A stretch of 64,000 bases of DNA, from the NCBI GenBank assembly GCA_003693705.1, contig RBZT01000499.1, forward strand, positions 124,001-188,000. Direction: 5' to 3'. The translations under genes and the position numbers were made by a program. The notes beneath the pieces are model-generated. The model did not search any database and had not been told where the DNA came from. It worked only from the letters and a program-made list of their open reading frames with translations. Origin of the DNA: Polymyxa betae A26-41. Lineage: Eukaryota > Protista > Endomyxa: Phytomyxea. The stretch's first letter is position 1. Every line of letters begins with the position of its first letter. This document shows positions 35,901 to 48,112 of the stretch, piece by piece.

Positions 35901-37814
35901 TCATTGAAACGCGCAATACCCTGGTCTGATGGGAGATGCATTGATACCCATGCTTACTAACCGGCATCTATGTAAATCTAGCCGATCTGCCAAGCTACTT
36001 CGTAATCCGCTATCATTCACGAGTTCTCGTTGACTCCATAAACGTTCAGCAGCTGTTCGAAATCAGAAGCCACCAACTCTGTTAAATTCAGTCTGTACCA
36101 GCACTGGCCCTTGGCCATATTCTTGAGATGGCATTTGTCTGATCAACTTTCTCTCCCCACATGCAGCTATGCCCGCCTAGTACCCGTTGTTTGGCATCTT
36201 CATCTGCATCGAAATCCAGCGGATCGCAGTTATACCTATTTAATAATCAGCATCAGCATGATGCGGGAAGGTTCGAGATTACATTTCGGGCCAGTCAGTC
36301 GCGAGATGATCCAAATACCAACAGCTGCTTAGCAAAGCACGGCGACCCGAGCGTGTGACATGAGCGACACCGTCCTTATTGTACCAAATGTCCACTATGG
36401 TGCTGGGATCCATAGGTAGATCGCTGTCAAATACCTGAAACAAATCATGACGAACTGTGTTTTTCGGCACGAAGAGCGATTGACCTCTTGCCAGACAATG
36501 GCCGTTATGTTCAATTTTGTGTTAGTCAAATCTTCCAGAAAAATTTGGTAATCGGCCAGAAGCTCTTTGGCATCTGTAATTCCATTCTGATGCATATAGT
36601 CTCGGATTTCTTCATCGCCCTGCAAGCAGTCGGTATCAACTTCGTCACCACCAAGATGTATCATGTCCGACACGTCAAAAACATCCACCGCTTCCTTTAT
36701 AAGAATCAGCCTAGGTTTGTAAGTTTCGATGGGACGAAATCGTTTTACCTGTAAGAGCGTCGTCATGAGTTGGCGGGTCTCCGGTTTCACCGGATTGATC
36801 ATGTACTGATTAGCTGGAGCCACATCGGGGCAATGGGCCAGCACTTCAGGATAACCAACCCCGAACGACGCCGAATGCCCAGGAGTGTCAAACTCGGGAA
36901 TGATTCGAATTCCTCTCAATAAAGCCAGCTGCGCTATATGGCGGACTGCAATGCTCATTCGTTGATAACAAGTCATGTACTGTTCAAACTCGTTACCATC
37001 TTCAGGTGAATATGTCATTCGAGGTGAGAATGCGGCCTGGACCAGTTGGACGTTCGTTTGCGATTGGAAAGGGAAGCTTTGGTCGTCCGAAACATGCCAG
37101 TGCAGAACATTCAATTTATCCATTTCCTGTCCAGAACATTCAGCCAAAAACGAGGCGAAATCCAACGATATGCACCATGCCATCAAGGATCGTCTCAATA
37201 ACGCTAATCGGCAAGAAATGTCGGGCAGTATCGATCATCAGGCCCCGGAACGGGAATGCTGGTCCATCGTCGATGGTGCCGCATCGGATGAAAAACTGGC
37301 GCTTGTGATCATGTCCAACTTGTTGAATCAGCTGCGAGAAAGTCTGCAATGCTCTCAGAACACCAAAAACAGTCGATGATCGAATTTGAACGCCGTGTCC
37401 GGGAGTGATCTCTATGTGATAATCCTCTCGTGTATATAAATCCATGACAATGGATGAGCTTTCAATCGAGACATGAATTTGTGAAGTCTGTCCAGCTATA
37501 TTACTCGGAGCCGCTGGGCTAGTTGGTCGGGCAGCTGCTATAGCCGGAATATTATTCTTATATCGTTGCTCTGCTTTCGAAAGAACGTCGCGGACCGGAT
37601 TCCAATCTGACTCGAAGATAATCTCCAGGTTTTCCGGTTGGAATCGCCAATACGCCTCGGGATCGGCATACTGAACCGAGGTTGGACGCGGCCAGACCGG
37701 ATCGCTCGGCAGATGGTGGCCATCGTCTGAAGTCGGTTGACGAAGGAGAAACAACGCCCCGGATAAAGGAATGAGGAGACGGACAAGAAAGGAGCTCAGA
37801 GCAGCGTCCACCAT
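35901..37814 (-). CDS. Beta-N-acetylhexosaminidase, GH20, spliced
   Basis: RGLMIDTARHF, HWHVSDDQSFP, PEFDTPGHS, catalytic HLGGDEV, IWPRA/AERLWS; N-terminal hydrophobic anchor or signal. Confidence 0.95.
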
Positions 37815-38906
37815 TGCAAGATGGTTCTGGTGTTACTCACTCGCGCAACCATCGCGACGTGTAAGCAAAGTGATGTATAGTGGTGACACGTTGTGACGAA
37901 AGTCGCCTGTTCGCCGTCGCTCAGAGCGAGAGACTGCCGACTGCGAGACTGTGAAGTCGTGACCGTGCCCAGCAGCGGAGAACGACGTCCAGGAGCACGT
38001 CGCGAAGGATGCTTGTATACTGAGTTTCAAATCCGACTGCAGCTTCAAATATATGCTGGATTAGAGTTTTGAGCCATTCTCTTTGTATGCAACAACGGCA
38101 TCAGCAATTGGCCCGCATAACGGCTCAAATTCGGAGCAAGTGCAATTTTGGCTGCCAGTGATTGGTTTGGTTCGGGTTGGCTTCGAAAAACGATTCAAAA
38201 GTGTTTTGAATTTGATTGCGCCGGTGAAAACTTACAGATTTGTGATATTGTCCGAAGAGCAGCTATCGCATATCATCTGAGACCCAAAGTTACTAATCGT
38301 CAATTGATTATTAGCAGTGAGAATGAAATATCGTGGTACAATATCTATGAGAACATGTGTTGCTGTTTATGACGATAGCTATACTATAATCAAAGACAAT
38401 ATCTTTGATGTTTATGTGCGAAAATATATCCTCTCTGAATATGATGGAATAGACTTTAAAATAGTACGGTTATATTGTTGAACGTACAATGCGAAAAAAA
38501 AGGTCAAGACAGCAAGCTTTGGCTTGCCCGAACAACACATCAGAAAAAGAAATCAAACGACCAGTTGCGGAATCTGCTTGAAGGTCCCAGAAAACAGCGA
38601 AAACGTATCTGCAGTGGTCGATGGAAGAGCTGTTAAGTGGTTCCAAATAAGAGGTAATGAGCCTAATTATCTGTATCAAAAACAGAGTATGCCCACTCAG
38701 CATCGGTCGAAGATCTTATGGTTGACCCCATCAAGAAGTTGGTTGTTCACCGACTTGCATTTCTAAAAGGCACAATCCAGTCCAGAGCTTGCAGGCGTTC
38801 GTATATTTGAGTCAGCGTTGTCGGTGAATTAGTCGGTGACGCGTGCCATCCAGTATGCTGGACTGCAAAGGCACGGGCAGTAGCTGGTCGTACACTCTCA
38901 GCAGAG

Positions 38907-40702
38907 ATGCATCCCAGGGCCAGAAAGGTTTTGCAACCCAAATTGAAACCATGCTGAGATCTCCGAATCAGCGCTCGTTAGCGATCAAGATCACGTTAGC
39001 AGTCATCGTGGCTGCGGCCGTGGCCGTTGGCGTCTACTTCATTGTCAAAGCTGCCCAGAACAATTCGAATTCGAGTGCCACGACAACGTCGGGCAATGGC
39101 AGCGGTTCACACTATGTGCATCCATTTGTCTGTTGGTAATGGTTGATTTTAGGAGAAGGTTCAGGACGCACGAACGGGGTGACCGGCCCGCCGGCCGTCT
39201 CTCCGACCAACACAGGAACGGCGCCGCCGGTCGGTTTAGCGACCGGACGCGAGACAAACTTCAAGGCGGCGGAGTCGGGGGCATGCAGGGCCGATAATTG
39301 CAAGCTTCCCGATTGCTTTTGTGCTGGAACATCAATACCAGGAGGGCTGACTCGCGAACAGACACCGCAGTTCATCATGCTGACATTCGACGATTACCTA
39401 TCCGAGACCATCTGGACCGGTCTCATAGAAGATCTGATCCACAAGACAACAGCGAGAGATGCCACCGGCTGTGGGCCTCGTTTAACATTCTATCTTCAGA
39501 ACGACCTGGTCCGTACTGGCTCCTGGGCTTGCATATCCCGTTGACTGACAGTTTGCCTTTGCAGACGGATTATTACCTGGCAGATAACGCTTATGCTGCA
39601 GGATCTGAGGTTACCACAATAGGATGACGCATGTGTGAAGATTACTCAATCTGCTATAGATCGCCATCCATACGATTGATCATCGAAACCCATCGGCATT
39701 CTCTGCTGATGAGTGGGCCAAAACAATGTACGGGTCAGTAAAGTATACAGCAGCGGCCACGTCGATTCCAGAAGGCGCTATGGTCGGCGGTCGGGCGCCC
39801 TGGCTTATATACAGCGACAACATGCTCGCGGGCGATTACAAGGGAGGCTTCCTGTATGATTCGTCAATTGTGGAGCGACACGATTCGTTGCGGCCGCACA
39901 ACTCGTACGTCGATATGACAACCAAAGTCGGACAATGGCTATGGCCGTACACTCTGGACTTCGGTATTCAACAGATTGTAAGCTGAAGCATCTGCTAGCC
40001 TGGTCGTAAAACTTCACTAACAATGGTGATAGTGCCCTTGGGGAGCTACATGCCCGAAGAACGCATACCCAGGTAAGTCTTAGAGGACTATGGGACAGCA
40101 TATCAAAGCTGGTTTGTTTGAAAGGATTCTGGGAAGTGCCAATGTGCGTCAGCGTCGACTTCCGAAATCCGAATGGATACGCCGCAGAGATGGACCCCGA
40201 TAAAACCGGAGATGATCTCTACAATCTGCTAGCCGATAACTTTGACAGCAGGTAAAAAAAAAACAGGAATTTCACAACCGTCCTGGTTACAATTTAGATG
40301 TTCAGATATCAGGGCAATCGGGCGCCCTATGGGGTCTTTTTACACGCCGTCTCATGGCTGAAAACGGATGCCTCTCGAGTGGCAACTTTACAGAGATTCT
40401 TTGCTTATGCAGCCAGCCATCCAGGTGTTGTATTTGCCACACCATCGCAGATTATTCGATGGATGAGAGACCCGAAACCCATCGACCAGCTGGGTTCGCT
40501 GTCATTCTTGTCCTGCCCAACCAGAACGGAGGCATTCTGTGGCGGAAAGACGCCAAACACATGCACATTTAACCAGGTAACGAGTTTCCTGGAGGTAAAA
40601 TGTGAGCGGATTCGGTGACGGTGCGTTTAGGGATCGTATAAACAATGTCAACAATGCCCTGCTCAATATCCAACTATCAATAACGCCGCTTCGCCGCCAT
40701 AA
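38907..40702 (+). CDS. Chitin/polysaccharide deacetylase (CE4, insect-CDA-like) with N-terminal membrane anchor, spliced
   Basis: CKLPDCFC..IPGGL...TPQFIMLTFDD, HTIDH, RAPWL, FLYDSSI, GNRAPYGVFLH. Alternative start at 38951. Confidence 0.92.
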
Positions 40703-40846
40703 CTTGGTGCTTGAAAAGGGGGTGGTTTTAGAGACTCATCATTGTAAATATGCCTGACTCAATACACTCGGATCAACTTCTTTACCGCACAAAAAGCAAG
40801 TGATGTCCGATTGCAGGCGACAACGGTCGATAGACAGAAATTAACA

Positions 40847-41326
40847 TTAAGCATTACTTGACTGCAAATATTTGCAGCGGTCGATGGCTGATTTTTGTGC
40901 CCAAGCTAAATCTCGAAGTAACTTGGACAGCTGCTCTGAATCCGTGACAAGTTCATTTTCTGGGCTGGAGTTTATCCCCTCATGAATGCCTATATCTGAA
41001 GCAACTTCGCCACGAGCATTTTCTTCAGATTCATGAATCGTAGAAGGTTCCAAAGTCTCATCACAGTGACTATCAACAATACTGACGCATGAATCCGAGT
41101 TTAGCGTCTCCTTTTCTTGAGCAGGACAATCATCTTTCCTCCAAACTGGATATGCTGGCCGATAGGTCAGCGGCCAAGCAATCCGGTTGGGATCGTCCCC
41201 TAACTGTTCAGCGATCTGCTGGAACAAAGCCCGAGTGTGGACAACGATTCGCCGCCGGGCTTGGTGTCGTCTAAAGGCTGTTTGTATGGCAAGTGCAGCA
41301 CGGTTTCTGTCTGGCATGATGGCCAT
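40847..41326 (-). CDS. IQ-motif protein (IQCC-like)
   Basis: AALAIQTAFRRHQARR IQ motif and C-terminal LAWAQKSAIDRCKYL. Confidence 0.65.
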   Translation of the reverse strand: MAIMPDRNRAALAIQTAFRRHQARRRIVVHTRALFQQIAEQLGDDPNRIAWPLTYRPAYPVWRKDDCPAQEKETLNSDSCVSIVDSHCDETLEPSTIHESEENARGEVASDIGIHEGINSSPENELVTDSEQLSKLLRDLAWAQKSAIDRCKYLQSSNA

Positions 41327-41354
41327 CTCTTAATCTTATAGTGACATCTCAAGC

Positions 41355-41444
41355 TAGGGTTTGTTGTCTGTTCCTTATCACTGGACAATGCGGCCTCCGG
41401 TTGCAAATAAAACAGGCCACACTACATGATTGGGACTAGGGTTT
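41355..41444. promoter_or_regulatory. Two telo-box motifs (AAACCCTA on the minus strand) in the divergent promoter between the IQ gene and mitoribosomal L22
   Basis: TAGGGTTT at 41355-41362 and 41437-41444. Confidence 0.4.
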
Positions 41445-41668
41445 CAAACGAGGGTCCCCTCACAGATTGCCATTGCTATTGTGAGAGCCCCAGTATATAG
41501 CAGTTATTACATGGTCGAATAATGAAAGTCGTTGATAACCTCCATCGCCTGGGTGGGCCTCATGTTGAGCAATGAGGTGTGGTGTCGCTGTGCACCACGG
41601 AGATGGGAGAGGCCGTTCGGGATACCCTTGCTTGTGCCATTATCATCTTGCCTTGACAATCGTCCATC

Positions 41669-42339
41669 ATGTTCTCGTTTGGGTCGGCTCTGTATCAAAG
41701 GGTCAGCTGCCCGATGTCGGCTGTATCAAGATCCATTCCTTCCCTAATCCGGTCATTTTCAAATCAGCTGGCCCTTTCCACACATAAGATTGCTGTCGCT
41801 CATCACAGGAATATCAGAATCAGCCCGAAGAAGCTCAATGATGTATATTACTTGAACGTATTTTCTCCTTATTCAATAATGCATGTATTTACAGATAGTT
41901 CGAATTGTTCGTGGATTATCGGCTCAAGAAGCCATTATCCAAATGCGATTGAATGAGAAAAGAAAGTCAATATTCGTCCAGAAGTGCATTGAAAACGCTG
42001 TCAACAACGCAGTGAATAATTTCGGGATGAAAAAGGATCGTCTCGTCGTCAAAGAAGCTGTCATTGGCAAAGGAGTTTATACAAGAATGATCCAAATTCA
42101 CGGCAGAGGTTGCCTTCACGTCTTTTTAACTGTCAAATTTGTTCATTTTCAGTTCAGGGAGAACTGGAGAGCTCATACGTCGTCGATCTCATCTGACCAT
42201 TAAGGTTGGAGAGCAGCCTTACAGTGAACACGAACACAAGATTGGCAAATATGGACCAACTATTAAGAAAGTATCGATGCGCAATACGCGAATGCAGCAG
42301 CAGCGACAACAACAACAGCAGCAGCAGCAGCAGCAATGA
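41669..42339 (+). CDS. MRPL22: Mitochondrial ribosomal protein uL22m, spliced, poly-Q tail
   Basis: NIRISPKKLN..IVRGLSAQEAIIQM, LVVKEAVIGKG, IHGRG, SHLTIKV; presequence-like N-terminus. Confidence 0.9.
42295..42336 (+). repeat. CAG/CAA microsatellite (poly-Q) at the uL22m C-terminus
   Basis: Direct reading. Confidence 0.85.
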
Positions 42340-42394
42340 AAAACATGGCGACGAGTAATAATTTACAGGTAACAATACATTTAATTAAAGGTGA

Positions 42395-45300
42395 TTACTG
42401 TAATCCATCTGGAAGCTGGTCGGCGAGATTCTTGCAGATATCTTGCGCTTGTAGTCGCTCGTTTCCAATCGCTTTCGAAACCTTGCGAAACGTCATGCAA
42501 TCGCTCTCATTCTGTTCATAATCCATACCTGGCTCCAGCGCTCTCCATGACGAGGGTCGGCTTCAGCACAGCGTTGAAGGATTAGCTCGCTCTCATCGGA
42601 AAAGTACTACCAATAACAATTCAGCAGTCGGCTTACTAGCACAAACGGCTTTCAAACCTGTTTGGCGAATCTGTAATAGAAGGCCCAAGCATCACCATTA
42701 TCTGGATCGGCAGTCACTGCTCTTTCGAACCAATTCTTCGCTTTCTTAATTTTACGATCCTGCCAGAACAACCTAATGAACGCTTTCAACAAAAGCAAAT
42801 TGAGCTGGCAAGAAATCGACCTTGAAACAGCAACGAAAACAGCCGAGCTGTCGCTGCATTTTTTCAATGCGTCGTAACTCTTCGCCCTTCGTTTCGGTCG
42901 TGGTTCCATCTCGATTGCATACGCCCACAAAATTCCAGAATTAGGGCATTCTCTATCGGTTTGGTGAATCTCAACGAATGGCAAACAATGATGTAGTTAC
43001 TGCAAAGCTTTGGCCATAAGCTTAGTAGCAGGTTGACGTTGAAGTTCGCCGTTCCCAGCACCCGCCCTCTCCTCCATGCGAACTGCTTCTAACCACAACA
43101 GATCGTTTTTCGGGAGACGTTGCCTTGCCGTCTCCAGATCCGCCCTAGCAGGTACAATGTCAAACAATCCATATGGGTACATGCTTATCGTACCTGGCTT
43201 TTGCAACGCTAATAGTATCAGCATCAAGTCGTGCAGTGATAATCCAGAGCTGGATGGAGTCTGGGCAATGTTTCAACGCATCTCGACATGATTGATGAGC
43301 GGCTTCGATATCGCCAGCTCGCGTTTGATTCTGAATTAGCATCACCCAAAGCTTCCAGAAGTCCGGATAAGCCTCCAAACCCTACAGACATTGAGTGGAT
43401 TTCCAGGTCGCATAATAACTAGAGCAACAAACCTGAAGAACCATTTCGCGCTCAGATTTGGAGTCGCCGATTTCTCGCTCCAGTTTCGCAGACTTCATCC
43501 ATACGCGAGCCCCTGGGGCTCGGGCTCTGCAAGGAAATAAATTGGACACGTAAATCGGAAAATCCCCGAAAAATATGTTTCTCAAGTTATGAAAAGAGAT
43601 AAATTGCACAACAACGCCGGCGATGAACATAATCGTACCGTGCCCTTGCCAGAAGAGCTCTGGCTCTTTCGTGCTCACCGATTTCGCTCTCCATCTTAAC
43701 AGCAGCCAGCCAGATATCCTCTGTGTTCGGATTCGATTCAAAAGCCCTATCAAGCATCTTCATCAAACAAAGTCAGCCATAACACCAGGGCACAGACTTG
43801 GTCAAAGTTTCTCGGGCAGCCTGGATATCACCTGCCATCCACTGCTCTTTTGCAGACATCAGCCATAGCACCTATTAAGAGCTTTAGGATTCGGCAACAG
43901 AAACGATGAGACATGGCAGACCTCGGCTTCAGGGCAATGAGTGACAGCATCTCGAAGGACGCTCATGAGGGTTTCATGCGTTCCATGATGCTTCTCAAGC
44001 TGTGCGGCATCCCACCATAAAGACACCTATTCCATCTGTAAGACCGAACCCAAAAGTAGTGCAATTCAAGACGATTAACCTTGGTCGGGAACGCCAGTAA
44101 CGTCTGTGCCATGATAGCTCGGGCAGTGACCACAGATCCGGCAGCGAGCTTGGCGGCTGCATCCGCCGTCCATGTAGCACGTCGATCTTGAGGTTCGATA
44201 CCGATGCCAAGTGTAGCACGAACAATGGCCTGATCGTAAATTCAGAATACGTAAAAAGGTAGTGAGGAGAAAGAGTGACCTGGCAGGTTAAATGGGAGCC
44301 GCTGCGTTCGGCATTCTCAGCTTCGGTCAGCCATTGTTCACGATCGATGATCACGTTCTGGGCGGCCAAAGACGCGACGGCCTTTTGAATAATCGCATCG
44401 ATTCGGTCGTACGCTCCATGGGCTTCCTCTATAAAAAAAGTGTCACAGAACAACAAACCGAAAACAAACATCGGGTTTACCGAGCTGTGCAGCCGTAATC
44501 CAGATTGAGGGATCCGTTGGAATCGCTTTTCGAGCTCGATTCAACACCTTTTTAGCATTTTCATACGACTCTGAATAAATGATAAACCTTCGAGTTTGTC
44601 AGATAACCGGGGATCGCTCACCTAGTCGTGCTAGAGCCAGCCACATCTCAACCGATTGAGGAACGCATTCGACGGCGAACGCCAACAGAACTCGAGCGGA
44701 TTCTGGATCTTCCAGCTCAATCGCCGCTTTCCATAATCGAACAGAGCTGAACAGACGAACTAAGAAACAACGATTTCGAAGATTCCGGCGATGAGGATGT
44801 ACTTGGGGACGAATTCAAGGGCACGACGCAGGACGGCACGTTTAGATTTATCGTCCTCTTCGAGCTTGACAGCCTGTATCCAGATCTTGACAGAGGTCGG
44901 GACAGCAGCTACAGCCCGGGCCAAAATGGCTCGCGACTCTTTCGGTGGATGTAGACGGGCGGCTTCCAGCCAGACATCCTGACTGTCGCTACAAGCTTCA
45001 CATCCTGATAACGATTAAATACTGGCGAATCAAATCGCTTGTAAACAAAAAAAACGAAGATTTTGATCGAAAAAATCGCTATATATCTCTTAGCAAAAAC
45101 AATCGAGAAATTGATATTCAAACCTTTCATGATGAGTTTTCTGGCGACCGAGATCTTGCCGGCAGCTTCTTCTAAGCGTGCCGCAGCGATCCACCCGGGA
45201 GGATGTTTCGGGTTCGTCGTGATGACTAAAATAATCGGATCAGCGTCCGACAGACAGTTGCAGCATATTATCAACCTGATTTCAGCAGCGTTCGCGCCTT

Positions 45301-46490
45301 CTTCACATCGCTGACTTCAGCGTCGTTCATAACCGTCACACTCCTCAAATCGGTGAGGAATTCACGCGGGTTGACGACCGTCTGTCCTGTTACCGAATCC
45401 GACATCTTATCCAGATGGATACCTGCAGACAATCAGAGCTGATGACCACCGCCCCCAAACAGGCGTTCTGACCCAGGACTTTATAACGGGCCTCGCCCAG
45501 CTTGGTGAGGTCGGATGGTGCCGGCGTCTGCGATAGCGGCGTCGCCATTCCGTCCAACGTGACGTCAATCGAATTCGTTCTCTGCGTTGAGGCGATCGAT
45601 GATGCGATCACGCTATCAGGAACCGGCGTGAAAATTTCGGTTCGTCCACTTCCAGATCTGAACACAGGTTTAGCAGCTGGAAAAAACGAAATCTGGAAAC
45701 AGTCATTGTCAGTGAGAATCATCGAACCGTTTGTTTCGTTTCGAGAGATCTGCAGGCTCAGGGATATTTAGCCACTCTTCCTCGCTGAGCGAGGCCAGTT
45801 GCCGCTTCAGATCGGAGAACTGTTCCTGGATTTTTGGTCGGGTCTTCTGTCGCTCAGCATCTTCCTCTTGGGCGCGTCGTGCTTTGTAGGCAGCACGACG
45901 TTCCTCCATTCTGAAACCCATCGTCAATCGACAGCGCTCAAAACAAGCCCCAAAAAGGACGAACCCCGCAATCAGTTAACAAAGTGGATACATGAAATTG
46001 CTCAATAAAAGAAATACCAAAGCTATGTGATGATCACATCGACAAAGACAAATAAAAAACTACAGTTTTGCAAAAACGCAGAGAAATGATTAATAAGCAA
46101 GCGAATGACCTTTTATCTACAGATTCGTAGATGTTATCAGCTTCTCTATCTTCTGCATCATAGGGCGTTGATGCATCAAACAGCGACCCTCCATATCCAC
46201 TAAAGGCGTCATAATTCGATTCGCTGAGGTCCTCTTCGCGAACTTGGGGCGCCAGACCCGACATGCTCAGGGCGGCAGCCGTCGCTCCTCGCTGAGCTGC
46301 ATAACGATCTTCACGGGTGGCGACAGCCTTCGCCGGACCGATATCCGATCGCCTACGATCGTCAGCGAAGCCGATGGTGGCAGCTTCAGCCTTACGTTGT
46401 GAAACCAACAGCACCTCGACCGATGCCTGCTACATAGCCGGGCGGGGGAGCGCCAAAGCTCTTTGTCGGCGGTCGCGATGTCGTCGACAT
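42395..46490 (-). CDS. PRP6: Pre-mRNA splicing factor Prp6 (HAT/TPR repeats), many introns
   Basis: [71 protein letters not shown]. Confidence 0.97.
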
Positions 46491-46872
46491 TGGCGCCAAC
46501 GAAGATACGCAATGAGAGAAATTTCAATCCGATTTCCGTAGACGGCAAGTATAACATCTTATAGCAAGTTTCCCTGCAATTTTGAACAATCAATAGGCCG
46601 AAGACGATTGTAAAAGGTTTTATTGAAAAGTGTGTCATTGGATTCTGGTGAGTTTTCGTTCAGGGGCGTATCTCGTACTGACCGATGATAAAGGTAAGCC
46701 CTGGCAAATAAGAAAGTCTTTGAAGGATTTTTTTGGGAGCGGGCTTACTATCTTAGCCAACTATTAATCAAAAGGAAACGATTCCAGATGTGATTGAGAT
46801 GTGGCCTCCTGCTGCCATGCAAGGCCCCTATAGATGGTCTGTCATATTGCGTAGTGAGCTGGTTATAGAAGG

Positions 46873-48059
46873 ATGCAGATCCCATTGATCGGATTTGGAA
46901 CATATCAGGTTGTCAGCTGTGTCATCTTCATGAAACTATGGTGAATTGTTGTCTGTGTAGTTGTCCGGTCAGGTTTGTTATGATGCTGTTCTCACTGCTC
47001 TACGGGTTGGGTATCGGCACATTGATACTGCTGCAAACTGTAAGATGATCAAGTTGATGCTTTAACTAACATTGATCATTCATTAATCATACGAAATCTT
47101 TCCACGATTTCATGGACGTTTTGATATACGTTTTATTTGGAGTTTTTGATTGGTTGCAACATTGCCTTAAACTTTCTCAGATCGGAATGAAGACATTGTA
47201 GCACGTGCGATCGAAGACAGCGGAATTCCCAGAAGCGAGATTTATCTGGTTTCTAAACTACAGCCTCGTGATGCCTCATCAACTGAATCTGCATACAATG
47301 CAGCTCTGCAGTCATTATCACGTCTTCGAACTGATTATCTTGATTTGTAGGGGCTCTCTTCAACAATTGTTTTTGCACATCAGTTTAGAACTCGTTTTCA
47401 GATATTTAATCCATTGGCCAGCATGCGCTGGAATAAACTTGCAATCGCCAGAACAGAAATTAGTTCGTCTGCAATCCTGGCGTGCTCTGGAACGTTTGCA
47501 TTCTGAAGGCAAAGCGAGAGCCATTGGCGTTAGGTTAGCGATTCGTTGCACGGATCTTTGAACAATTCTGAAGCGGTTTTGCAGTAATTTTTTAGAAAGG
47601 CACCTTGCAGGCATACTGGACGAATGCCAGATTGCACCCAGCGTGAATCAATTCGAATTTCACCCGTTGCTTGTTGATCACGAATTGGTCTCTTTCTGCG
47701 CCTCAAACGGCATACAAATCGAATCGTATTCTCCAATCGCGCAGGTTAACAACTGCCCAGTGAATCATTTCGAATTATTATCTAAAATGTGGTTGTTGCA
47801 GGCGGACCCGGCTCTTTTGAAACATGCAGACATGAAGCGAATTGGCAAAGTCCATAATAAGACCCCTGCTCAAATCGCACTGCGATGGATTGTACAGCAG
47901 AAAATCGTGGCCATACCCAGAAGTTCTAATCCAGAACGAATTAAAGAAAATTTTGAAATTTCCGACTTTGAGCTGAGCCCAGACGAGATGGATACAATTA
48001 GTCGCATCCATCAAGTAACCACCAAAAGGATTTGCTGGGATCCCAACACAGTTGCTTAA
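46873..48059 (+). CDS. Aldo/keto reductase (AKR5/PGFS-like), spliced
   Basis: IPLIGFGTYQ, GYRHIDTA, YLIHWP, RAIGVSN, NQFEFHP, IPRSSNPERIKEN. Start may lie further upstream. Confidence 0.93.
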
Positions 48060-48112
48060 TGAGCAATCTTTGTGAATTTTCCATGTTTTTTATATTAAAC
48101 TCACTTGCTAAA

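Noticed and set aside
45927-46110. Longer-than-usual introns in PRP6, AKR and RBBP4 as snoRNA hosts
   Set aside because: No convincing C/D or H/ACA box arrangement by eye. An Infernal/Rfam scan would be needed.
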